Source of the DNA: an uncultured Pseudomonadota bacterium
GTDB lineage: Bacteria; UBA10199; JADFYH01
Direction of reading: 5' to 3'
NCBI GenBank assembly: GCA_964384365.1
Contig: CAYLKF010000001.1
Coordinates: 212,079-276,078, forward strand
DNA length: 64,000 bases
Shown one piece after another: positions 48,985-59,701 of this stretch. Every line of letters starts with the position of its first letter. The first letter of the stretch is position 1. The notes below the pieces were generated by a model, which ran no database searches, was not told the origin of the DNA, and saw nothing but the letters and a program-made list of their open reading frames with translations. The position numbers and the translations under genes are program-made.

Positions 48985-50117
48985 ACACTGCGTTCTGGAT
49001 TTTGAGAAAGAGAATCTTTCTTAAGGATCAAGGGCGATTTGATCGGTGGACGCGCTCGCGATTCAAAAGCAGCTTTCAATTGCCCGCAAGCACCCAAAAT
49101 ATCTTGCCCTCGGCTTGAGCGAATATTGGTTTGAAAGCCGTGGTCTAGAAGATATTTTTGAAAGCGCCGCACACTTTCATCGCTCGGCCTCGAAAATTCA
49201 GACCCTGGAAACTCATTAAAAGGAATCAAATTAATTTTGCAGGGAATTGTGGCCAAAAGTTTCGTTAAACGCTTGGCATCTTCTGGTAAATCGTTCACGC
49301 CCGCAAGCATGACATACTCCATGGTGATTTTCCCTTTTTTACCCAAGGGATATTTGCGGCAGGCCTCTAACAAGGCCTCCAGCGGATATTTACGATTAAT
49401 TGGCACTAACACATCACGCACCTCATTGGTGGTGGCGCATAACGAAATTGCCAACTTCACATCGGAGGCGTTTCCAAACTCGAGCATTTCAGGAACCAAT
49501 CCACTGGTCGAAACGGTGACCTTTCGTTTGGAAAGATTCAAACAGCGATCATCCACCAAAACTTGCACAGCCGGAATCACGGCTTTCAGATTATGCATGG
49601 GCTCGCCCATGCCCATGAACACAATATTGCTAATCCGCTCTCCTTCACGGAGATTACGCTTCACTGTCATCACCTGTTCCACAATCTCCCATTGAGTCAG
49701 GTGTCGTTTCAAACCCACCGTGGCTGTTAAGCAATAGCGGCAAGCCATGGCACAGCCCACTTGCGAAGAAATACAAAGAGTCAAGCGCCCTTCATTAGGA
49801 ATTAAAACCGATTCTACAGTTTGACCATCGGGTAAACGCAGCAGATACTTGCGTGTGCCATCTGAAGAGACCTGCTCAGTTTCAACTTTTAATCTTTCTA
49901 AAGAAAACTGGGCACTCAGATCTTCGCGAAGCTTTTTGGAAAGATTACTCATCTCCGAGAAATCGGCTACATCGCGTTCATAAATCCAACGCAAAACCTG
50001 ATCAAAACGATATTTTTCTACGCTGAGGGCTTTGAGTCGTTCTTTCAAATCGTCGAGGGCTAAATTTTTGATATTCTCGAGGGTCATGGCAGCCCCCATA
50101 CCAAGCAGATTTTCCAA
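48981..50117 (-). CDS. rlmN: 23S rRNA / tRNA adenine-C2 methyltransferase RlmN (radical SAM)
   Basis: Radical-SAM cluster CAMACRYC and GMGEP motif. Confidence 0.9.
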   Translation of the reverse strand: MENLLGMGAAMTLENIKNLALDDLKERLKALSVEKYRFDQVLRWIYERDVADFSEMSNLSKKLREDLSAQFSLERLKVETEQVSSDGTRKYLLRLPDGQTVESVLIPNEGRLTLCISSQVGCAMACRYCLTATVGLKRHLTQWEIVEQVMTVKRNLREGERISNIVFMGMGEPMHNLKAVIPAVQVLVDDRCLNLSKRKVTVSTSGLVPEMLEFGNASDVKLAISLCATTNEVRDVLVPINRKYPLEALLEACRKYPLGKKGKITMEYVMLAGVNDLPEDAKRLTKLLATIPCKINLIPFNEFPGSEFSRPSDESVRRFQKYLLDHGFQTNIRSSRGQDILGACGQLKAAFESRARPPIKSPLILKKDSLSQNPERSV

Positions 50118-50207
50118 CGATTAGCAAGAGAGGCAATATTTCATAAAAGGAGGTTCTTCTTGAACTTAAAAGGAAATTTTGCCTAAGAATCATTCAGGAG
50201 AAAAATC

Positions 50208-51110
50208 ATGAAAAAAACCTTAATGTTTCTGGGGCTCTTCCTCGGTATTTTACTCAGCCCTACCCTCGAATCGAAAAACCGGAGCGCCGAAAGCATTCCT
50301 CAAAAGACGGTAAAATTCTTCAGTTTTGGCGATTGGGGTTCGGGAACTCAAGATCAGAAAAACGTCGCGGAGCTCAGCAAAAAAATATGCAAAGAATTTG
50401 GCTGCGATTTTGGCTTACTTTTGGGAGATAATTTTTATCCGAGCGGCGTCAAAAACACTCAAGATCCTTATTGGAAAGATCGATTTCAAAAAATCTATGA
50501 AGGCTTGAATCTCCCGTTTTTCGCAGCGCTTGGAAACCACGACTGGCGAGGAAACGCCACGGCTCAAGTCGATTTTTCTAAGATCGACAAAAACTGGAAG
50601 ATGCCTGGATTTTTTTATAGTTTTACAGCGCCCTTGAACACGCCGAATCCCTTGCTAGAAATCTTTGTCTTAAATTCCAACCAGTTTGACACGGATTCCG
50701 AGCAATGGCTGAAAGTGGCTTTAGAAAAATCAAAGGCTCCGTGGAAAATGCTCGCCTTTCATCATCCGATTCTCAATACCGGTGATAAGCACCCTCCCGA
50801 TCAAATGAAAATGTGGCCCCGCTTGAAACCCATTGTTTGTGGAAAAATTGATCTCATTCTTTCGGGGCACGAGCACATCTTCGCCCATCTCCGCCCTCAA
50901 CCGAACGATTGTCATTATGATCAAATTATTATCGGCACAGGCGGCAAAGAGCTTTATGGCATTACAACAACCTCTGCAAACACGCTTAAACTCAATGCCG
51001 ATGCCCACTTTGGATTAGGCTGGTTTGAAGTAAGCACGAAAAAAATGGACCTGAAATTTTTCAAAGTGCCGGGAGAAGAGGCGTATTCCTACACTTGGGA
51101 GAAAAAATGA
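50208..51110 (+). CDS. Secreted calcineurin-like metallophosphoesterase
   Basis: Motifs GDWGSG, GDNFYPSG, LGNHD, GHEH; signal peptide. Confidence 0.8.
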   Translation: MKKTLMFLGLFLGILLSPTLESKNRSAESIPQKTVKFFSFGDWGSGTQDQKNVAELSKKICKEFGCDFGLLLGDNFYPSGVKNTQDPYWKDRFQKIYEGLNLPFFAALGNHDWRGNATAQVDFSKIDKNWKMPGFFYSFTAPLNTPNPLLEIFVLNSNQFDTDSEQWLKVALEKSKAPWKMLAFHHPILNTGDKHPPDQMKMWPRLKPIVCGKIDLILSGHEHIFAHLRPQPNDCHYDQIIIGTGGKELYGITTTSANTLKLNADAHFGLGWFEVSTKKMDLKFFKVPGEEAYSYTWEKK

Positions 51111-51122
51111 AAGTCGTATAAA

Positions 51123-52049
51123 TTAAAACGGCAAGCGGAAGGTTCCAACGGTAACAGAAGGCTTCATCAATTTACCACTCAACTGCAACTTATAACTACC
51201 ATCGGCTTCGCGTTGAGATTCGAGAAGGGCTAAAATCGGAAGCTTTTGAAGGCTTTCCCCCTTAATTTTTGCAACCCCTGAGAGATCGATCATATAATCT
51301 TCAATATGCATTCCGGGGGTAATCTTGCCTTTCAAATTTAATTCTAAATCCCCTCCCGCAAAAGTGAGCTCTTGAATATTCCAATCTTGCTTCGCATAGG
51401 TCGCTATCAATTTAGAATTTTTCCCGGTAGAAAGTTTAATGGCGGGGATTTCCATTTCACTGCCCGGCATATCGGGGCTCATGGGCACCTGAAAGGCCGT
51501 GGTTCCGAAATCAACAAAATTCAAATTGATTTCCCCTTCACTCTTCGAGGGATTGTTCGAATAAAAATCGGTATAAAATTTTCCGTCCAGCTTGCCTTGA
51601 AAATGCGAAAGAAGGCTACTTCCCCCTGAACTTCCAAGCTCTGCCAAATTGAGTTCATCAAAATCTAAGCGAAGCTCACTCTCCGAAGAAGAATTATAGT
51701 ATCTTCCCGAAACCTCACCTTTTCCCACCACCACATCAAAATTAAACTTGGCATTTTTCTGGAGAATCGCCAGCAACGAAGGATTCAAGCTCACCTTTGT
51801 AGCCTTTAATAACACAGTGGGTTGAGCTGAAGACTGATCGGTCACTTCAACGCCCTTGAAACTAAAACCAAAGATCAAACCCGCACTCATTTTATTTACT
51901 TTAATTCGGTATTGTTGGCCTAAGGCATCTTCGATCTTGCTCAAAACGAAATTTTTTAAGACTTCATCCGGAAAAGTCGCATACAAAAAGAAAACAAAAA
52001 AGAAAAAGAAGGCACCCGTATAAAGAATAATACGAAGAGTTTTGTTCAA
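51123..52049 (-). CDS. T2SS-associated membrane protein (GspN-like)
   Basis: Last gene of the gsp cluster; single N-terminal TM helix. Confidence 0.45.
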   Translation of the reverse strand: MNKTLRIILYTGAFFFFFVFFLYATFPDEVLKNFVLSKIEDALGQQYRIKVNKMSAGLIFGFSFKGVEVTDQSSAQPTVLLKATKVSLNPSLLAILQKNAKFNFDVVVGKGEVSGRYYNSSSESELRLDFDELNLAELGSSGGSSLLSHFQGKLDGKFYTDFYSNNPSKSEGEINLNFVDFGTTAFQVPMSPDMPGSEMEIPAIKLSTGKNSKLIATYAKQDWNIQELTFAGGDLELNLKGKITPGMHIEDYMIDLSGVAKIKGESLQKLPILALLESQREADGSYKLQLSGKLMKPSVTVGTFRLPF

Positions 52050-52648
52050 GAGGTTCCTCCTTCTTTTAAGGAGTAAGTCGAAACATCGAAAGACACATCA
52101 AAAAGCTGGCGATTATCGTAACGCGGCTTAATTTGAAGTTTTTTCACTTTAAACCCGGCCTGAGGAAAAGTTTCAATTTTATATAAATAATCGAGGGCTT
52201 GTTGAAGGCTCACCCGAGAAAGCCGCACCGAAGCACTTTGCTCATCGATAATATCACTCGAGGCACTCAGCGGATTTTCTTTGATCGAATCGATATTTTT
52301 ATCGATTCCACTCTGGGCAGAAAGTGATTCGAGCGTGGTAGAAATTGCTACCTTTCCTTTGCTGCCCCAAGCACCTTCAATAGCTTTTTGGCGACCCACC
52401 AAATCTTGGTATTCGCGCAGCTTTCCCTGCAAGTCATCCATATTTTTTTGATGATTCAAAACATTCTTCTCTTTTTTAGAAATTTTCGAGGAGGCGCAAG
52501 AAATCGGAATAAAAATTAATAGAAGAAGCACAATGCCCGACCCTACCAAAGCAATAATCTGCTGCCTGGAATCGAAGCCTAAGAAAACGTTGTAGAGTTC
52601 TTCAACATTTAAACGTTCTTTGAGCGAATATTTACTTGAGCCCGACAT
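52046..52648 (-). CDS. gspM: Type II secretion system protein M
   Basis: About 200 aa, single TM, position after gspL. Confidence 0.6.
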   Translation of the reverse strand: MSGSSKYSLKERLNVEELYNVFLGFDSRQQIIALVGSGIVLLLLIFIPISCASSKISKKEKNVLNHQKNMDDLQGKLREYQDLVGRQKAIEGAWGSKGKVAISTTLESLSAQSGIDKNIDSIKENPLSASSDIIDEQSASVRLSRVSLQQALDYLYKIETFPQAGFKVKKLQIKPRYDNRQLFDVSFDVSTYSLKEGGTS

Positions 52649-52660
52649 TCAAATCTCCGT

Positions 52661-54247
52661 TTAACTGGCTGCACCAATATCAAAAGAGAGCGAAAATTTA
52701 ATTTCATCTTGCACTCCCTTTCTTACATTTCCTGTTTGCACATTCTTAAACTGGGGAATTTTCTCTAGCGAATTTTTAACCTTATCAACCGCCTCGTAAG
52801 AAGTAGTTCTTCCTTCAAAACGCACATGATCACTGGCTACATTCAAATCATCTACTTCAAGTTTTAGATCTTGCTTCGGCGGCAAGGCACCCGAGAGCAA
52901 GCGTAAAATTTCTAGGGCCGAGAGTTCATTACCCCCTTCTAATTTTTGCAGACGATCTTTGGTTTCACTAATACGAGAATTCACCAACGAAAGAGCCTCT
53001 TGAGCCCCTTTCGGAGGTTTTTTCAAGCCCTGCAAGCCTTGGCTCACCAAATCGGAAACACTGCGATTCATGCTTTTTTCATGGCTACCCAACAAATAAA
53101 GACTCATTCCGAAATACAAAATTCCCATGAAAACAACCAAAACAGCCATCACGGCGACCTGACGCGACCAACCTGAGATCATTTGAAGATCTCTCTTATA
53201 GGCAAATTCGCCGCTTCGAAAATTAAGGGCATTTACTTTTGAAGGATACAGCGCCCGGAAAAGCAGCGCTAAAGAGGGCGCCACGACAGTTCGGGCGGCT
53301 TCAGGATCACTCAAACGCGTATAACTGTAATCTAAGACATCGAGGGGCGAAACGTTTAATCGTAAATTCGTTGAGAGATATTGATCAAGTCCCGCCAATT
53401 TCGACGTCCCTCCGGTAAGATAGACGGCTTCTATCTTTTTTCCACCGCCTTCGTAATAAGCAAAAAGAGTTTGGCGAATATGAATGAGCAATTCATCAAC
53501 GACTTCTTGAATCACTGCTGCAAGCTTATCGCCCGTTTCAAAAGGAGAAACCTGCCCCTGCTTCACTTTCATCCCTTCGGCAGTTTCGAGATCAATTTCC
53601 AACTTACGAGCGATTTCATGCGTAATATTTTTTCCGCCGATTGCTAAAGTACGAGCAAAGCGAAGCTCAGAGCCTTCCATCACACAGAGGTTAGTTTTGG
53701 AGTGCCCGATATCTAAAAGAATATAATAGCCTTCGGGGGGCAACATACCCGAAAGATGCAAGCCTGCTAAGTCGACACATTCTACACCTACATAGCGGGG
53801 CTCCGCGGCAGCTTGGGTCAAGATATTCAAAAATTTTACCAATTCTGCCTTGGGAGTATAAAACGATAATACTTTCGAATGATTGGGAGTCTTCTCGAGA
53901 ATGATGTAATCAATCGCCAAATCTTCAATCGAAAATGGCACATGCGTTTCTAATTCAAACTCTAGTGCCGAATCGATTTTTTTGGGCTGATTGAAAGGAA
54001 ATTCCAAAACACGAGAAGAACATTGATAACCTGAGAGCGAAGAAACTACCGTATCGTATTGCCATTTTTTTTCTTCAAAAAATTTAGTGAGTAAAGCCGT
54101 TGTCGCTTGCTCAGGCGTGAGCACATCGTGGGTAACGAGTGGAAGCTCATAGAAATCCGTCACGTAAAACTCCCCCAACGATCGCTCGGCACGCGCAACC
54201 TTGATGGAGTAAGATCCAACATCGATTCCCAAAATAACCTGAGGCAC
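52661..54247 (-). CDS. gspL: Type II secretion system protein L (actin-like ATPase fold N-domain)
   Basis: N-terminus ILGIDVGSYSIKVA (PilM/GspL-like), central TM. Confidence 0.7.
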   Translation of the reverse strand: MPQVILGIDVGSYSIKVARAERSLGEFYVTDFYELPLVTHDVLTPEQATTALLTKFFEEKKWQYDTVVSSLSGYQCSSRVLEFPFNQPKKIDSALEFELETHVPFSIEDLAIDYIILEKTPNHSKVLSFYTPKAELVKFLNILTQAAAEPRYVGVECVDLAGLHLSGMLPPEGYYILLDIGHSKTNLCVMEGSELRFARTLAIGGKNITHEIARKLEIDLETAEGMKVKQGQVSPFETGDKLAAVIQEVVDELLIHIRQTLFAYYEGGGKKIEAVYLTGGTSKLAGLDQYLSTNLRLNVSPLDVLDYSYTRLSDPEAARTVVAPSLALLFRALYPSKVNALNFRSGEFAYKRDLQMISGWSRQVAVMAVLVVFMGILYFGMSLYLLGSHEKSMNRSVSDLVSQGLQGLKKPPKGAQEALSLVNSRISETKDRLQKLEGGNELSALEILRLLSGALPPKQDLKLEVDDLNVASDHVRFEGRTTSYEAVDKVKNSLEKIPQFKNVQTGNVRKGVQDEIKFSLSFDIGAAS

Positions 54248-55545
54248 TATTCAACCCTCCAAAATAATTCTTTCCATTGGGCAGGATTATTGCCACTCGC
54301 GTTGAGAACTTCAACAATTTTTACACGGGCATTTCCCAACTCGCCCTTTGCGTGAATCGTAAAGATTACTTCTTGATCGGTTAACATCGAACTAAAGCCA
54401 GAAGTAGTGCCAGCAGCCGACGGCTGACTTTGAGGTGCTCCGGCAGAAGGCACCGAGGGGCTATTATTTTGAGCATTCGGAGCTGTCGCACCCAATGCTT
54501 CATTCAATGCTTGCCCCATTGCCGCCGTATCAGGACATTTACCTTGCACAGCCGACATCGCATTTTTAAGGCGTTCTGCATTGTCCATGCGTAAAGGCTC
54601 CATGTCGTCTCGCTTTTGAGTATAAGCCACGATCATCGCCTGCAATAATTCATCGGAGGCAACACACGCATTTATCTTATCGGCATCTCGATACACAGTC
54701 ACATTTTTTTTGAGCTCTTGCAATAAATCTTCTTTCATTCCCGGTACAAAAATCAGTTCTTCGACATCTAAAAGTTTCCCATTTTTAGGACGCGCTGTAG
54801 TTCCTGCATAACTCGAACTTTCACTCCCTCGTTCTCCACCCCCAAAATCATTCACCGCATCATTCTTATCGATAAAATCTGCAATTTTAGCCGCCAAATC
54901 GGTAGATTCTCGGGTTTTATCTTTGAAAAAACGCTCGAAAGGTTTTTGCTGAAGCAAAAACATAAGCACATACTTCAACCGATCGTATTCGGGTTGAGTG
55001 GCAGTAAGAGCAAAAAAAGCGTTGAGCGGTAATTTACCTTCTTCAGCATCGATATCCGATGAAAAATTTCCATCAAAATCTAAAAATTCTTTGGCAACTT
55101 TATCATTAAAACTATTCGATTTTTGTTTTACGGCTTCCAACGTTTTGGCATCTACCCCACTCTCTTCGGGTGCATTTTCTTCTACCCCTTCTCCAATGCC
55201 AGGAGTTTTCGCTAAGCCACGAAGAAGTTCAGAATTAATAGGAAGCATTTTATAAAGAGGCTTTACCTGCACATTACGGTTTAGCTTCTTGGCTGCCTCG
55301 GCAATCATTTTTTTTGCTTCTTTATCGTACTGAATCATCAATTTCGAAAAATAGAGGGCCGACTGCGCCATATAATACGATTGGAGTCGATCGCGCTCAT
55401 TCATCGCGATATTAAAAGTCACATTCGAATGGGTTGCAAAATTGATTACCAGAGTGGAAATGATCATGAGCGACGACAAAACCAATAAGAGAGATATTCC
55501 GCGGGTGTTGCCATGAAATCGTCGATGTTTTTTAGAAAAGTTCAT
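54247..55545 (-). CDS. gspK: Type II secretion system minor pseudopilin K
   Basis: N-terminal hydrophobic helix ISLLLVLSSLMIIS; position after gspJ. Confidence 0.65.
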   Translation of the reverse strand: MNFSKKHRRFHGNTRGISLLLVLSSLMIISTLVINFATHSNVTFNIAMNERDRLQSYYMAQSALYFSKLMIQYDKEAKKMIAEAAKKLNRNVQVKPLYKMLPINSELLRGLAKTPGIGEGVEENAPEESGVDAKTLEAVKQKSNSFNDKVAKEFLDFDGNFSSDIDAEEGKLPLNAFFALTATQPEYDRLKYVLMFLLQQKPFERFFKDKTRESTDLAAKIADFIDKNDAVNDFGGGERGSESSSYAGTTARPKNGKLLDVEELIFVPGMKEDLLQELKKNVTVYRDADKINACVASDELLQAMIVAYTQKRDDMEPLRMDNAERLKNAMSAVQGKCPDTAAMGQALNEALGATAPNAQNNSPSVPSAGAPQSQPSAAGTTSGFSSMLTDQEVIFTIHAKGELGNARVKIVEVLNASGNNPAQWKELFWRVE

Positions 55546-55547
55546 TT

Positions 55548-56417
55548 TTAGTAAGCCAAGGGTGCTGCATAAAGTTTTACATTTGCATAAGTTGCCAATT
55601 CAATTTCTTCATCTGAATCAGGGTCTTTCAATTTTAAGGTAATCTTAACCATTCGCGGAAGATGATTGCTAAACTCGAGTTGGGAGGAATCCCAACTTTT
55701 CGACCAATCTTTTTTAGTCGCATCGTAATATTCAAAACGCAGATCGCTCACACTCCCCACCATCTCTTCGATTTTACCCCCTTCTTCGGGGCGATCATCT
55801 AACAGCCTCTGTTCACGACGCTTCAAAATATTGGTCTCACTCTTCTCAGGATCTTTTTCTAAAAAATATCCTATTTCCCCAAAATTGTTTTCTTGGGATT
55901 CAGCAAAATAGCGCTCAATAGAGAAACTGGCAAAGTTCACATGATCTTGTTCTCCTTTAAACACTGTTTTTTTACGGCCATCGTTCCCCAGAAAATCAGG
56001 GCTCACAATCAGAAAAGACATTTCTAAATCTCGCGCCATTCGCCCCAATGCAAGAGAGGCCTGATGCATCAGTTCATCTCGATCTTCGGTACTCTGATTG
56101 GTTTTAACCGTCTCGGTCATCGAAGCATAAAGCAAAACGGTCATGAGCGCCAAAATGCTGATCGCGATCATCACCTCAATCAGCGTGAAACCCTGAGAAA
56201 ATAAATTTTGACTTGAAGATAACGGATGCCTTCTTCTTGAAGTAAAGGAAAAACAAGCCGAAGCCTCTCTATTTTGACCCAAGCAAATCGAGGAATTCGT
56301 ATAAAAAAGAGGGTTCCTTGCGGCGGATTTTTTCCTGAACGGAAAGAAGGAGGCATCTGTAAAGTAGCCTCTACTTAAGATTAGCGATGTGCGTTGTAAC
56401 GACGACTTTCTCTTCAT
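55548..56417 (-). CDS. gspJ: Type II secretion system minor pseudopilin J
   Basis: Prepilin motif GFTLIEVMIAISILAL. The track start overlaps gspI; the true start is probably a non-ATG codon further downstream. Confidence 0.7.
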   Translation of the reverse strand: MKRKSSLQRTSLILSRGYFTDASFFPFRKKSAARNPLFYTNSSICLGQNREASACFSFTSRRRHPLSSSQNLFSQGFTLIEVMIAISILALMTVLLYASMTETVKTNQSTEDRDELMHQASLALGRMARDLEMSFLIVSPDFLGNDGRKKTVFKGEQDHVNFASFSIERYFAESQENNFGEIGYFLEKDPEKSETNILKRREQRLLDDRPEEGGKIEEMVGSVSDLRFEYYDATKKDWSKSWDSSQLEFSNHLPRMVKITLKLKDPDSDEEIELATYANVKLYAAPLAY

Positions 56418-56928
56418 CTCCCTCTTCCCCTCCTTCCCCCCATGAAATGGTCACCTGAACTTCACGAATAGCCTCGGAGATTTTTTTGGTCACCACTTGA
56501 GCCATATTATTGGCAGCCATTTCAACCGCCCCATTAGCACCGCTTCCTCCGGTTGCCGCCGATAGAGTTTCTGGGCTGGGAGCTCCAGTTCCCTCCATCA
56601 TTTCGGCAGGAAGTTGTAAAACAGGAAGCTGTACTTTTTTAACGGTATAAGCCCATCTATAATCTTCGAAGGGTTTTTCAAAAGTTCCGTTTTCTTCTTT
56701 TTCATCAGGAAAAGCACCTCGCGCAATATCTTGCTCAATATTCAAAAGAATCTCCGACATTTTTTGGCGCGCTAGAAAATTTGATTTTTCGGTGCTCTCT
56801 GCCATTCCAGAAGCCTTCAAACTATTTCCAACAGAGCTATAGAGGGTAATCAACGAAATCGAAAGGATGGCCAAGGCAATCATCACTTCTAAAAGAGTAA
56901 AGGCCGAAGATGTTTTACTTTGGACCAT
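56371..56928 (-). CDS. gspI: Type II secretion system minor pseudopilin I
   Basis: Prepilin motif AFTLLEVMIALAIL. Confidence 0.75.
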   Translation of the reverse strand: MVQSKTSSAFTLLEVMIALAILSISLITLYSSVGNSLKASGMAESTEKSNFLARQKMSEILLNIEQDIARGAFPDEKEENGTFEKPFEDYRWAYTVKKVQLPVLQLPAEMMEGTGAPSPETLSAATGGSGANGAVEMAANNMAQVVTKKISEAIREVQVTISWGEGGEEGDEEKVVVTTHIANLK

Positions 56929-57021
56929 TCTTAAAATTCTCCTAGAAACCTCTGAAAACTAGCCAGACGTCAGGCATCTGCAAACGAGCAACAATGCAGA
57001 TGGGTAATTTTAGAGATTCCC

Positions 57022-57675
57022 TCACTTCTTTTCGTCTTCAGGTTTATACTCGAAATATTCGCTGCGAATCTTGCTTCGGCCCGTTGCAGGAAAAACTTCA
57101 ATCGAATAAAAGCTCTCTTCTTTTTCATCGGTCAAATTGATCACGGCTTTTTCAACCCAACCATTCGGAAAAAAATAAATCGCCACCTTTCCCGATTCCA
57201 CTTTTTTTCCATAATGTTCCACATACACATCTTTAATTCGAACCCCACTCGGAATCTCGATAGGTTTTAATAAAAAATTCGTCTCTTGATTAAAACTTAC
57301 TTGGGCGGCCCCTTCGGGCTCGGGCTCTGGAGCATTTGCGTCTGTATTGGGAGCTGTGCTTGCCTTCGGTTCAGAACCCACCGAAGGATCATCGGGAGTT
57401 CCATCTGGCGTTGCAACAATTTTAAAAGGATCTTCCGCAGATTCTACAGAAAAAGTACGAGCACCAAAATCAATTAAGAGGCGATAGTATTGATTCTTCA
57501 CCGCCGCTTCATTGTAGACATATTTGATTGTACCGGAGAGTTGATCGGCCGTGGTTGAAATCTTTTCCCCAAACAAGTCCTGCAGAGTAAAGGCAGTAAG
57601 CCCCATAATGAGGGCAATCACCGCCACCGTGACCATGATTTCAATTAAAGTGAAGCCACGTCGGCTCTTAAACAT
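57022..57675 (-). CDS. gspH: Type II secretion system minor pseudopilin H
   Basis: Prepilin motif GFTLIEIMVTVAVI. Confidence 0.75.
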   Translation of the reverse strand: MFKSRRGFTLIEIMVTVAVIALIMGLTAFTLQDLFGEKISTTADQLSGTIKYVYNEAAVKNQYYRLLIDFGARTFSVESAEDPFKIVATPDGTPDDPSVGSEPKASTAPNTDANAPEPEPEGAAQVSFNQETNFLLKPIEIPSGVRIKDVYVEHYGKKVESGKVAIYFFPNGWVEKAVINLTDEKEESFYSIEVFPATGRSKIRSEYFEYKPEDEKK

Positions 57676-57767
57676 AAGGAATCAACAAAGAGAGGTTAGA
57701 AAAGAAAATCGCTTCGACACTCAAAAATGCCCACGATACAAGGCACTCGTGCATTTTTCAGCATCGA

Positions 57768-58244
57768 TTATTTAGTAATCTCAAAGTTCTTGATATCGGT
57801 ATCGTAATCTTCTCCGCCTTCTTGCCCATCTCTTCCTAAAGAGATAATTTCATAAGGGTGCCCAGCGTTTCCGGGGCTGGTGTAAATGAGATCATTTCCC
57901 CATGCGTCTTTGGGAAGTTTTTTCAAATAACCATCTTTGGGGTAATTATCAGGAATTTTTCCTACGGTGGGTTTTTCAACCAACGCTTGCAAACCTTGCT
58001 CTGAACTCGGGTAAGAGCCGTGTCGTCTTTTATACTGATCTAAGGCCGCTTCTACATTTTTGATTCCAATTTTCGTGGTTTCCACCTTCGATTCATCAAG
58101 ATAATCTAAAACGTTGACGGTTACCAAGGCTGCGATCGAGCCGATAATAGCAACCACCACCATGATTTCGATTAGGGTCATTCCTTTTTGAGAGGTTTTA
58201 GAAGAAACTCTAGTTCTGAATTTCTGAAGCACATTCTTAAACAT
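57768..58244 (-). CDS. gspG: Type II secretion system major pseudopilin G
   Basis: KG|MTLIEIMVVVAIIG with Glu at +5. Confidence 0.85.
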   Translation of the reverse strand: MFKNVLQKFRTRVSSKTSQKGMTLIEIMVVVAIIGSIAALVTVNVLDYLDESKVETTKIGIKNVEAALDQYKRRHGSYPSSEQGLQALVEKPTVGKIPDNYPKDGYLKKLPKDAWGNDLIYTSPGNAGHPYEIISLGRDGQEGGEDYDTDIKNFEITK

Positions 58245-58300
58245 TTTTGATCTCCTTTAATTGAATAGATCTTAACGAGCCATCTTAAGACTCACAGAAT

Positions 58301-59530
58301 TTACCCTCTCGCAATTTGATTGAGCTTGAGGATTGGAAATAAAATCGAAAGAACAATAAAACTAACCACCGCCCCCATCACCACAATCATGATCGGTTCT
58401 AAGAGCGTTGTCAAAGTAGAAACTTTGGTATCGACTTGCTGATCGTAAGCATCGGCCACTCGCTCCAACATGGTTTCGAGCTCGCCCGTTTTTTCTCCAA
58501 TCGCAATCATCTGAGTAACAATGGGAGGAAATTGCCCGCTCCGTTTTAAGGGCTCTGCGAGCGATTCTCCCTCTTTCACGCTATCTTTAGTTTCTTCAAT
58601 CACTTTTGTTAAAACCGAATTTTGAACAATATTTTTCACAATGTCCATCGAAGTTAAGAGCTGCACGCCAGAAGACATCATGGTGGATAAGGTTCTGCAA
58701 AATCGAGAAATTGCAATCATCCGAAACATTTCGCCAAAAATAGGCATTTTTAACATGTTTCGATCAATAAACTCTCTTCCTTTAGGAGATTTCTGAAATC
58801 GCATGAACAAATAAGCACCCAAAGGAATCAACAGAATCACAATATACCAATACCCTGCCAAAAAATCACTCACGCCCACCAAAATTTTAGTTGGGAGAGG
58901 AAGGGTGGCCTTGGTATCGTCAAAAATTTTAGTAATTTTGGGCACCACACTAACCAAAAGAAAGCCCATCAAGAGCACACCAACCGTCATCATAATAATA
59001 GGATAAGTCAGCGCCCCTACCACTTTACTTCTCAGCTTTGCCTGACCTTCTGTAAATTCGGCCAAGCGTTTGAGAACAATTTCAAGCGCACCGGAGGCTT
59101 CACCTGCAGCAATCATGTTTACAAAAAGTTCGCTAAAAATTTGAGGGTAATGGCGCATCGCATCGGCTAAACGAGAACCTTCGGTAACCCGATCGCGAAT
59201 CTGAGAAAGCGTTTCACGCAATTTTGGATTTTCAACCTGTTCCACCAAAGCCGACAACGAATCTACCAAAGGAATATTAGCTCCAACGAGGGTGGCCAAT
59301 TGGCGAGTCATGTTGGCCAAATCTTGAACGCCCACCCGCTGAAATAAAGAAGAGAACGGATTCGCTTTCCCAAGAGTATTCGAAGAGGCTTGCCCCCCCT
59401 CAATCACTTCTGTCGGGAAAATATTCATGCGACGGAGCTTCGCCCGAGCCGCTTTAATATTTTCTGCATCCACCCGACCGGAGGATTTTTTTCCGTTTGA
59501 ATCAATCCCTTTATAAGAAAATATTGGCAT
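58301..59530 (-). CDS. gspF: Type II secretion system inner-membrane platform protein F
   Basis: GspF-like N-terminus MPIFSYKGIDSNGK and two repeated T2SSF domains. Confidence 0.85.
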   Translation of the reverse strand: MPIFSYKGIDSNGKKSSGRVDAENIKAARAKLRRMNIFPTEVIEGGQASSNTLGKANPFSSLFQRVGVQDLANMTRQLATLVGANIPLVDSLSALVEQVENPKLRETLSQIRDRVTEGSRLADAMRHYPQIFSELFVNMIAAGEASGALEIVLKRLAEFTEGQAKLRSKVVGALTYPIIMMTVGVLLMGFLLVSVVPKITKIFDDTKATLPLPTKILVGVSDFLAGYWYIVILLIPLGAYLFMRFQKSPKGREFIDRNMLKMPIFGEMFRMIAISRFCRTLSTMMSSGVQLLTSMDIVKNIVQNSVLTKVIEETKDSVKEGESLAEPLKRSGQFPPIVTQMIAIGEKTGELETMLERVADAYDQQVDTKVSTLTTLLEPIMIVVMGAVVSFIVLSILFPILKLNQIARG

Positions 59531-59701
59531 TCGAAATAATTGTCCTTAAATTTTCATTATTATAATTTCTTTTAGAACCGTTATGAGCGGGCTCAAGACA
59601 AGGCGGGCGAGGAGAAAAGCCGCAGCGTATATGAATATACGTGAGGATTTTTCGACGAACCCAACGCAGTCATTAGTCCGCGTAATAGGTTATAAAAGAA
59701 A